Position numbers and translations under genes: made by a program | Part shown: positions 26,581 to 32,624 of the stretch, piece by piece | Position numbering within the stretch: position 1 is the first letter of the stretch | How the letters are laid out: each line of letters opens with the position of its first letter | Notes under the pieces: generated by a model | Databases searched by the model: none | Seen by the model: only the letters and a program-made list of their open reading frames with translations | Told to the model about the DNA's origin: nothing | Assembly (NCBI GenBank): GCA_964348605.1 | Contig: CAYGDC010000002.1 | Coordinates: forward strand, 1 to 32,624 | Reading direction: 5' to 3' | DNA: 32,624 bases | Source of the DNA: an uncultured Candidatus Saccharibacteria bacterium | Lineage (GTDB): Bacteria; Patescibacteriota; Minisyncoccia; UBA6257; Colwellbacteraceae

Positions 26581-26842
26581 TTTAGGAAGCATCATTTTTC
26601 TCATTGCGCTCATTAGTGTGTCTGCAACAAAAAATTTTTTTATTAAAGGGATAATTATTCTTGTTGCGACGCTTTTAACAAAGTTTCGCCCAATGATTGA
26701 TGTTGAAAATATCGCCTTTTTATTTTCTTTAGTATTTGGAACAATTTTGCAGGAAAAATTACCATTTACTAGAAACATTAATATTTTATTATCGATTATT
26801 ATCGCGCTTATTGTTTTTAATACATATCTATGGTTCACATAA
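26558..26842 (+). CDS. Small three-helix membrane protein in the mreD position
   Basis: Assigned by position only, between mreC and PBP2. 94 aa, hydrophobic, with no diagnostic motif. Confidence 0.35.
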   Translation: MYLSLLFNLGSIIFLIALISVSATKNFFIKGIIILVATLLTKFRPMIDVENIAFLFSLVFGTILQEKLPFTRNINILLSIIIALIVFNTYLWFT

Positions 26843-28716
26843 AAAATCCAAAAAAAAGAGAAGTTTCTTTTGATGAAGTAACCGCCGATGTCCTAGGGCA
26901 CAAGAGCATGAGTTATCGCGAGCGCCCATTAAGCAGTTTTATTTTTTTTATAAGTGTTACTATATTTATTTTTTTTGCAATTATTGTTCTTTTCCGAATT
27001 ATTTATTTAGGTGGCATAAAAGGAGATTTTTATCGCGTGCGAGCGAGCTCTAATGTTAATAGAATTACTACTGTTATCGCAGACCGTGGTTTTATTACTG
27101 ATAGATATGGGCAAAACATAGTCGCTAATATTCCGGTTTTAAGCCTAAGACTTCGTCCAGCAGAACTTGTTAAATATGAAGAAAAAAACGCAGTTAAATC
27201 TGTGCTTGCTAATTTTGGCATCACGGAGAAAGATTTTAATGAAATCCTTGCTGAATATAATTTAGAAAAAAGCGATGAGATAGTTCTTAAAAGAGAAGTT
27301 TCTAAAGCAGACGCTATTGCTGTAGAGGGATCAGGATTAAAATCTATATATATCGTAAAAAATACAAAACGCGCAGTAACGCCTGAATTTTCTCACATTG
27401 TGGGGCATGTTGGTTTTCCTACTAGAGACATGGTGCGAGAAAGAGGATTTTCATCTTTAGATGTTGTTGGCAAGAATAATTTAGAAGCGATTTTTGATGA
27501 AGTCTTAAGGGGCGTTAATGGGCGAACAGTTGCTTATCGTGATGTAAGAGGAAATCCTTTTGGTGCTGAAACTTTTAGCGAGCCTCGCTCTGGAGATAAT
27601 TTAACAACAACAATTGATGCCGAATTACAAAGATTTTTTTATGAACGCTTAAATAAAGCTCTTAATAAAGATAATCCTGGAGGAGTAGGTATAGTGATGA
27701 GCCCTCTAAACGGTGAGGTTTTAAGCCTAGTTAGTCTTCCTGGATTTGATTCTACTAATCTCACTGAAGCATTAAATGACAGAGCAAGGCCATTGTTTAA
27801 TAGAGCAGTTTCTGGTTTTTATAGTCCTGGCTCAACTATAAAACCTATTGTAGCAGTCGCCGCTCTTAAAGAAGGAATCATAAGAGATAATGAAGAAGTC
27901 CTTTCAACCGGCTATCTTGAAATACCCAATAGATATAATCCAGATAGTCCTGCAAGGTTTGTCGATTGGCGACCGCACGGATGGGTAGATGTTTATTCTG
28001 CCATTGCCCGATCTTCTAATATTTTCTTTTATGCTGTTTCTGGAGGGTTGCCACATAACACTCATTTATTTAGGGGACGCTCCAATATGTCATCTGGGCT
28101 TGGTATTGCGCGACTTAGGCAATATTATGATATTTTTGGCCTTGGAGAAAGAACAGGCATCGCGCTCTCTTCAGAGTCCGCTGGGATTCTTCCTTCTCCA
28201 GAAGATAAAAAAAGAAGAACAGGCGATGATTGGATGTTGGGGGATACCTACAATACTTCTATTGGTCAGGGATATATGCTCGTAACACCAATCAGCTTAA
28301 TAAACTCTATCGCCGCGATTTTTAATGGAGGCATTCTTTATAAACCAAACCTCATTTTAGGCAATAAGCCAGAAAAGCTTTCTGAGTTTACCCATCTTGC
28401 AAGTGAGCTCAATAAATCTAAAGAAGGCATGAAAGATGCTGTCCGCGAGCCATATGGAACCGCGACAATGTTAAATCGTCTTCCTTTTGAGATTGGTGGC
28501 AAAACAGGAAGCGCGCAAGTTACCCCAACACAAACCAATGCTTTTTTTGCGGGATGTGGACCTATGCCGCTTCAATCTGAAAATTATGCGCCAATTTGCG
28601 TGCTTGTTGTTGTTGAACATGCTGTGGCGGGAGCGCTCAACGCTGTGCCAGTAGCATACGATGTTTTTAGATGGTATTATGACAATAGAATAAATATTAA
28701 TAATGAAAACGAATAA
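26830..28716 (+). CDS. mrdA: Penicillin-binding protein 2 (elongasome transpeptidase)
   Basis: N-terminal TM anchor and class B PBP dimerisation domain. Transpeptidase motifs STIK (SPGSTIKP), SSN (ARSSNIFF) and KTGS (GGKTGSAQ). Confidence 0.85.
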   Translation: MVHIKNPKKREVSFDEVTADVLGHKSMSYRERPLSSFIFFISVTIFIFFAIIVLFRIIYLGGIKGDFYRVRASSNVNRITTVIADRGFITDRYGQNIVANIPVLSLRLRPAELVKYEEKNAVKSVLANFGITEKDFNEILAEYNLEKSDEIVLKREVSKADAIAVEGSGLKSIYIVKNTKRAVTPEFSHIVGHVGFPTRDMVRERGFSSLDVVGKNNLEAIFDEVLRGVNGRTVAYRDVRGNPFGAETFSEPRSGDNLTTTIDAELQRFFYERLNKALNKDNPGGVGIVMSPLNGEVLSLVSLPGFDSTNLTEALNDRARPLFNRAVSGFYSPGSTIKPIVAVAALKEGIIRDNEEVLSTGYLEIPNRYNPDSPARFVDWRPHGWVDVYSAIARSSNIFFYAVSGGLPHNTHLFRGRSNMSSGLGIARLRQYYDIFGLGERTGIALSSESAGILPSPEDKKRRTGDDWMLGDTYNTSIGQGYMLVTPISLINSIAAIFNGGILYKPNLILGNKPEKLSEFTHLASELNKSKEGMKDAVREPYGTATMLNRLPFEIGGKTGSAQVTPTQTNAFFAGCGPMPLQSENYAPICVLVVVEHAVAGALNAVPVAYDVFRWYYDNRININNENE

Positions 28717-29428
28717 TAAACTCATAGTGATGAACTGGAAATGCAATCCTCGCTCTACTACGGAGGCATCTTCTCTCGCTGTTGCATCTGATAAAAAAGG
28801 AGTCATTATTTGTCCTCCAGCGGTTTTTTTACATTCTGTCGCACAAAAACTTAAAGAAGCGTCTCTTGGCGCACAAAACGGATTTTGGGAGGAGGGAGCA
28901 TACACTGGCGAATATTCTTTTCATCAGCTTAAAAGCATTGGTGTTAAGTACGCAATAATTGGACATTCAGAGAGAAGGCTTTTGTTTAGCGAAGACTCTC
29001 AAGTTATTTCTAAAAAAATTACTTCCGCACTCGCAGTAAATATTTCGCCAATTTTCTGTGTTGGCGAAAAGAAAAGAACAAGTATTTCTAATGCTATAAA
29101 AACCGTTATAGCAGAACTAAATAATTCGCTTATTGGGGTTCCAAAAGAAAAGATTGGAAAAATAATTTTAGCTTACGAACCAATTTGGGCAATAGGAACA
29201 GGAAAAAATGCCTCCTTAGCTGAAGTTTTGCCTATAATGTCCGCGATAAAAAAATATATGATGGACTTATCAGGCAAAAAAATAAAAGTTATTTACGGAG
29301 GCTCGGTAAATCCAGAAAATGTAATGGAGTATGTTATAAATCCGTTTATTGACGGCGTTCTTGTTGGAGGAGCAAGCACAGACAAACAAAAAAGCGTAGC
29401 AATTATTGATAAGATTAGAAATATATAA
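28703..29428 (+). CDS. tpiA: Triosephosphate isomerase
   Basis: NWKCN, IIGHSERR, AYEPIWAIGTG and YGGSV motifs. Confidence 0.93.
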   Translation: MKTNNKLIVMNWKCNPRSTTEASSLAVASDKKGVIICPPAVFLHSVAQKLKEASLGAQNGFWEEGAYTGEYSFHQLKSIGVKYAIIGHSERRLLFSEDSQVISKKITSALAVNISPIFCVGEKKRTSISNAIKTVIAELNNSLIGVPKEKIGKIILAYEPIWAIGTGKNASLAEVLPIMSAIKKYMMDLSGKKIKVIYGGSVNPENVMEYVINPFIDGVLVGGASTDKQKSVAIIDKIRNI

Positions 29429-29500
29429 CGAAAAAGGGGTAGGCGATGGGCAATAGGCAAAAATGTCATTCCCTCGAAATCGGGAACCCAGAGTTTTTTA

Positions 29501-29580
29501 AACTTTTAAACCTTGAAACTTTTAAGCTTCCTGCGTAGCGGGCCTTAAACTTTTAAGTCTTCTTCCGCGAAGCAGGGCCT
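29501..29580. repeat. Tandem AACTTTTAA(G/A)-type units (tpiA / minus-gene convergent spacer)
   Basis: aacttttaaaccttga (29501-29516), aacttttaagcttcctgcgtagcgggcc (29517-29544), ttaaacttttaagtcttcttccgcgaagcagggcc (29545-29579). The last unit supplies the stop and the last ~8 codons of the minus-strand ORF. Confidence 0.5.
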
Positions 29581-30404
29581 GGACTTGCTTGCAAAGCAAG
29601 CTTTTCTTTAATTTGATTAATGGTGTCTTGAAAATTTTCTACTCGTTTTTTTAGATTTTTTTCTAGATTTGAATTAAGTTCAACCGCTTTAATTTGAGTA
29701 TCAATTGAGCTTATAAAATAATCAAAAATTTTCTTTTCATAATCTGATGGCGGTTTATCAGCTGAAGAGATAAATGCCTGAACTCCTTTTCGGACATGTT
29801 CTGGTGATAGGGCTAGATAAAAAATAGGTATATTTTGAATAGCTCGACTTGGCACGATTTGTCCATTCTTAATAGCTAAAGCATATTTTAAGAAAATACC
29901 GCCTTTATTGTTTTTATGTAAGACTTGCGATTTTTTAGCTTCAAATCTTGCTCCCTTAATCTCTCCAACTTCATCTAATGCGCAAACGAGGTTCCCGTTT
30001 AGGCGGTCAATAATTACATTATCAGCTCCGTTTTTAATATCATCAAATCTAGAAGCGCGTGTAGTTACAAAGTTATCAGGCAAAAATTTATTAAAAATAC
30101 CTGTTTTTAACATCTCTAATTGCTCGCCTAATCGTTGTTCCGGAGTTATTTTTTTAGTATCAACCAAAGACTCAATTCTCGAAACCTCCTGTTTATCTCG
30201 CTCAATTTCCTTAACATCATATATGTCACTAAATTCATCCATTTCAATGCGACAATTATCTCGCACAGGAATTCCTTCTTGTTTTAGCTCTTTTGCCACT
30301 AATCTCAAAAGCTCTTTTAGCGTTCTGGCGTCTTCTTCTGCTTTTTGATGCTCAATCGCTTTATCTTCTTTATGCAAAAGAGCTGTTTCTGGTTTTGTAA
30401 ACAT
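29553..30404 (-). CDS. Hypothetical protein (283 aa), the only minus-strand gene in the window
   Basis: Long uninterrupted ORF with host-like AT-rich codon usage. Charged, helical N- and C-terminal thirds and a mixed central region (RASRFDDIKNGADNVIIDRLNGNLVCALDEVGEIKG). I recognise no family. Confidence 0.6.
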   Translation of the reverse strand: MFTKPETALLHKEDKAIEHQKAEEDARTLKELLRLVAKELKQEGIPVRDNCRIEMDEFSDIYDVKEIERDKQEVSRIESLVDTKKITPEQRLGEQLEMLKTGIFNKFLPDNFVTTRASRFDDIKNGADNVIIDRLNGNLVCALDEVGEIKGARFEAKKSQVLHKNNKGGIFLKYALAIKNGQIVPSRAIQNIPIFYLALSPEHVRKGVQAFISSADKPPSDYEKKIFDYFISSIDTQIKAVELNSNLEKNLKKRVENFQDTINQIKEKLALQASPGPASRKKT

Positions 30405-30520
30405 TTTATTGAATAATTTTTATTATTTCAGCTTAACATATTTTTCTTTATCAAAGCTAATTTTAATAAAAACTTTTTTAAAGTTATCTTCTATAAGATT
30501 GTTAGGCAAATCTAGGGCAT

Positions 30521-30549
30521 TTGACAAAAGTATTTTAATATGCTACTAT
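30521..30549 (+). promoter_or_regulatory. Putative promoter of the high-GC gene
   Basis: TTGACA (30521-30526), 17-nt spacer, TACTAT (30544-30549). It lies in AT-rich DNA and would give a ~50-nt leader containing AAGGAGG (30593-30599). Confidence 0.5.
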
Positions 30550-30606
30550 CTTGTTAGTTGTTTGACAATTTTTTTATATATCAAAGAAAAGAAAGGAGGG
30601 GTACAC

Positions 30607-31290
30607 ATGAGTACCCCAAAGCCGCCAACCCCACCAGCCCCAGTCCCAACTCCAGCCACAGTTCCAACTCCAGCCCCCAATAGTAGCAGCTGGTGGATGC
30701 GAGGACTAGTTGTCCTCGCAGTGGTAGCCATTCTCGTGCTTGTAGCACAAGAATGGCTAGGCACGCAAGTAGAACTTGCGCGCCTACAGGAGAGAGCTGT
30801 GTGGCTTGAGAAAGCCACACAGCCAGCTCCACCGCCGCCTGCCCCTGCGCCTGCTGCGCCGGCTCCTAGGCCGGCACCCCGCCCTGCTGCGCCTGCGCCC
30901 GCACCAACACCAGTTGTGGTGGTGGTGCCTGCGCCCGCGCCGGCCCCTGCGCCTGTGCCAGCACCGCCGGCCTCCGTTCCTGCACCTGCTCCGGCACTGG
31001 CTCCAGCGCCCGCACCGGTGCCCCTCCAGATTGTCTCGTCCCTCAGGGAGGAGACCGCACTGGGAGCCAGATGGCTCTTGGTGCAGGTCTCCCTCCTCGG
31101 GGATTCCAGCGAAGTAATTCGCTGGACCCTGGAGGTGAACGGGGTGCCCCAACCCTGGGGACCCCGTTATGGAACAGAGACTCTCTGGGAGGTGCGATTA
31201 GAGCACCCGCCCAGAGGGACAAACATAGTCCCGCTCGTGCAGTTACGAGACGGGACCATCGTCAGGGGACTGATAATCACAGTTCCCTGA
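30607..31290 (+). CDS. Pro/Ala-rich single-pass membrane protein (227 aa) encoded on a high-GC island
   Basis: ATG 30607 lies 7 nt after AAGGAGG. Order of parts: Pro-rich N-tail; TM helix GLVVLAVVAILVLVA; short helical segment; ~80-aa (P/A)n spacer; ~90-aa C-terminal domain (LQIVSSLREE...GLIITVP). The ORF-track start at 30409 would read through the promoter and SD. Confidence 0.7.
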   Translation: MSTPKPPTPPAPVPTPATVPTPAPNSSSWWMRGLVVLAVVAILVLVAQEWLGTQVELARLQERAVWLEKATQPAPPPPAPAPAAPAPRPAPRPAAPAPAPTPVVVVVPAPAPAPAPVPAPPASVPAPAPALAPAPAPVPLQIVSSLREETALGARWLLVQVSLLGDSSEVIRWTLEVNGVPQPWGPRYGTETLWEVRLEHPPRGTNIVPLVQLRDGTIVRGLIITVP

Positions 31291-31297
31291 CCCTCAC

Positions 31298-31327
31298 GCC
31301 CCTCTCCTTATAGGAAGGGGCTTTTTT
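31298..31327 (+). terminator. Rho-independent terminator of the high-GC gene
   Basis: GCCCCTCTCC / GGAAGGGGC stem with one bulged C (31298-31321), loop TTATA, followed by TTTTTT (31322-31327). Confidence 0.65.
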
Positions 31328-31334
31328 ATTTTAT

Positions 31335-31363
31335 TTGACAATAATATATTTATATGTTAGACT
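31335..31363 (+). promoter_or_regulatory. Putative promoter of the repeat-protein gene (near-leaderless)
   Basis: TTGACA (31335-31340), 17-nt spacer, TAGACT (31358-31363), ATG at 31373. Confidence 0.4.
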
Positions 31364-31372
31364 AGCATCATT

Positions 31373-32624
31373 ATGAAAATACTCACAAAAATATCTATAG
31401 TCGGTGTAAGTGCTTTTATGTTGCTTGGTTTTGCTCCAGGAGCTTTAGCCACTGCTCCTTCAGCTATCACAAGCGATGCAGTAAGCATCACTAGTTCATC
31501 TGCTACTTTCCGTGGCTCTGTTGACCCAAATGGTCTTACTACAGTTTTTTGGTTTGAATATGGTATCGGTAGCTTTACTCATCAAACCTCATCTTCTTCT
31601 GCTGGCGCAGGAAGTGATTTTAGTTCTTTTTCAAGCCCAGTCTCTGGTCTTTCTCCTAACACTACTTATACTTTCCGCATCGTTGCGAGCAATAGCACTG
31701 GCATTAATCGTGGAAATACACAAAACTTCACTACCTTATCTTCGGTTGGCCAGCAACCCACAACAACTTTTAGAGTACAACTATCAGCTAGTCCCCGTGA
31801 TATTAATCAAGGAGAATCCGCTACTCTTAGTTGGGGGTCATCTATGGCTACTGGTTGCACAATTATAACTTCGGTAGGGACAGGACTAGGCGCAGTAGAG
31901 CCAAATGGCACAAGAATAGTTCGCCCAACTACCACAACTAGATATACACTTTCATGCAGGCATATAGATGGCTCTGCTAATATTATAAATTCTGAAGCAG
32001 TAGTGACTGTAGCGCCTCAATCAACTATCATTGCTCCTGTTGTTGTTTTACCCTCTGCCATCACAAATAGTCCAACACATGTTTCTACTTCATCTGCAAG
32101 CTTTCACGGATCTGTAAATCCAAACGGCCTCTTTACTACCTACTGGTTTGAATATGGTATTGGTAACTTTGTTAATCAAACTCCATCATTTTCCGCTGGC
32201 TCTGGCACTAGTTTTATTTCTGGAACATATATAGCGTCAGGCCTTTCTCCCAACACTACTTATGTTTTTCGCATCGTTGCAAGCAATAGTGCAGGTATCC
32301 AGCGTGGAAACACACAGAGCTTTACTACTTTGTCTTTAGCTGCTCCATTGCCTCCACCGCCACCTGCGCCAACTCCTGTTCTGCCCGCAGCCATTACAAA
32401 CGACGCAGTAAATATCACTAGCTCATCTGTTACTTTCCGTGGCTCTGTTGATCCAAATAGTTTTACTACTACCTACTGGTTTGAATATGGTATTGGTAAC
32501 TTCACTCATCAAACCTCATCTTCTTCTGCTGGTTCCGGAACACACTTTGTTTCTGTTACAGATTCAGTCTCAGGCCTTTCTCCCAACACTACTTATGTTT
32601 TTCGCATCGTTGCAAGCAATAGTG
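31373..32624 (+). CDS. Secreted/cell-surface protein with FN3-like beta-sandwich repeats (3' end beyond the window)
   Basis: My own translation from ATG 31373 is open to the last base of the window, and it is not in the ORF track because it has no stop. Signal peptide MKILTKISIVGVSAFMLLGFAPGALA. At least three ~93-aa repeats (..F(R/H)GSV(D/N)PNG..(F/Y)WFEYGIG..SGLSPNTTY.FRIVASNS.G..RGNTQ.FTTLS). One Ig-like insert (GESATLSWGS..TTRYTLSC). Confidence 0.8.
   Translation, partial: MKILTKISIVGVSAFMLLGFAPGALATAPSAITSDAVSITSSSATFRGSVDPNGLTTVFWFEYGIGSFTHQTSSSSAGAGSDFSSFSSPVSGLSPNTTYTFRIVASNSTGINRGNTQNFTTLSSVGQQPTTTFRVQLSASPRDINQGESATLSWGSSMATGCTIITSVGTGLGAVEPNGTRIVRPTTTTRYTLSCRHIDGSANIINSEAVVTVAPQSTIIAPVVVLPSAITNSPTHVSTSSASFHGSVNPNGLFTTYWFEYGIGNFVNQTPSFSAGSGTSFISGTYIASGLSPNTTYVFRIVASNSAGIQRGNTQSFTTLSLAAPLPPPPPAPTPVLPAAITNDAVNITSSSVTFRGSVDPNSFTTTYWFEYGIGNFTHQTSSSSAGSGTHFVSVTDSVSGLSPNTTYVFRIVASNS
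31463..31741 (+). repeat. FN3-like coding repeat, copy 1 (279 nt)
   Basis: Aligns codon for codon with copies 2 and 3. Long identical runs with copy 3, for example actcatcaaacctcatcttcttctgctgg. Confidence 0.8.
32057..32335 (+). repeat. FN3-like coding repeat, copy 2 (279 nt)
   Basis: Shares the run tcaggcctttctcccaacactacttatgtttttcgcatcgttgcaagcaatagtg, and also actacctactggtttgaatatggtattggtaactt, exactly with copy 3. Confidence 0.8.
32390..32624 (+). repeat. FN3-like coding repeat, copy 3 (truncated by the window end)
   Basis: Same unit as copies 1 and 2, preceded by a Pro-rich linker (PLPPPPPAPTPVLP). Confidence 0.8.

Noticed and set aside
30562-30590. Second TTGACA (30562-30567) as an additional promoter for the high-GC gene
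   Set aside because: No acceptable -10 hexamer lies at 16-19 nt spacing, because the sequence there is AGAAAA.
30409-30606. Upstream extension of the PA-rich ORF from TTG 30409
   Set aside because: It would translate through the promoter, a 27% GC spacer and the SD itself. The composition break and the AAGGAGG-N7-ATG context point to 30607.
30546-31313. Five extra ORFs in the high-GC segment (30546-30818 -, 30581-30832 -, 30776-31117 +, 30784-31152 -, 31071-31313 +)
   Set aside because: High-GC DNA is depleted in stop codons in all frames. These products are Arg/Gly/Trp-rich nonsense without an SD or start context. Only the frame from ATG 30607 has an SD, a TM helix and a terminator.
31512-31868. 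118-aa + strand ORF given in the track
   Set aside because: It is out of frame with the much longer open frame from 31373, which has a signal peptide and repeated domain structure. Its product is Leu-rich nonsense.
31463-32624. Possibility that the near-identical repeats are a diversity-generating retroelement template/variable pair
   Set aside because: Differences between copies are not concentrated at adenines. The copies are in-frame tandem protein modules, and no reverse transcriptase gene is in view.
1-32624. Alternative genetic code (UGA recoding, as in some CPR lineages)
   Set aside because: All conserved genes are full-length and uninterrupted under the standard code. UGA is used as a terminal stop (31288-31290), and no in-frame UGA is needed anywhere.
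1-32624. CRISPR arrays, rRNA genes, transposases or integrases
   Set aside because: No regularly spaced direct repeats with unique spacers were seen, and no rRNA-like conserved stretches. No ORF has DDE, tyrosine-recombinase or serine-recombinase motifs.

Overview
AT-rich window (18 of 60 G+C at 6361-6420 by hand count), densely packed, with every gene but one on the + strand. It carries a conserved bacterial core: dnaJ (5' partial), tRNA-Lys(UUU), secD-secF, and the str/S10/spc ribosomal super-operon (rpsL-rpsG-fusA ... tuf-rpsJ-rplCDWB-rpsS-rplV-rpsC-rplP-rpsQ-rplNXE-rpsN-rpsH-rplFR-rpsE-rplO-secY-adk-map). This is followed by mreB, holB-like, frr, rseP, proS, a second mreB with mreC, mreD-like and PBP2, then tpiA. 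The ribosomal cluster departs from the canonical layout in several ways. There is no L30 gene and no L29 gene at their usual junctions. L15 is cut to 62 aa and L3 lacks about 60 internal residues. L22 and S5 carry basic extensions, and L24 carries a Cys4 motif. A two-gene thiol-disulfide module is wedged between fusA and tuf, and an intrinsic terminator sits between rpsJ and rplC. The gene content and lack of L30 fit a reduced, Candidate Phyla Radiation (Patescibacteria)-like bacterium using the standard genetic code; this placement is inference only. Almost no gene has a Shine-Dalgarno motif, and several promoter-like -10 boxes lie 6-9 nt from the ATG, which suggests leaderless mRNAs. The last 3 kb is the accessory part and the most interesting. 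It holds an orphan minus-strand gene and a sharply bounded single-gene high-GC island at about 30.6-31.3 kb. That island encodes a Pro/Ala-rich single-pass membrane protein with its own perfect SD and GC-rich terminator. It is followed by a signal-peptide protein built of near-identical FN3-like repeats, which runs off the window end and is absent from the supplied ORF track. A short AAGCTT-containing repeat family occurs in two intergenic regions 10.7 kb apart. No CRISPR array, rRNA gene or recognisable transposase was seen.
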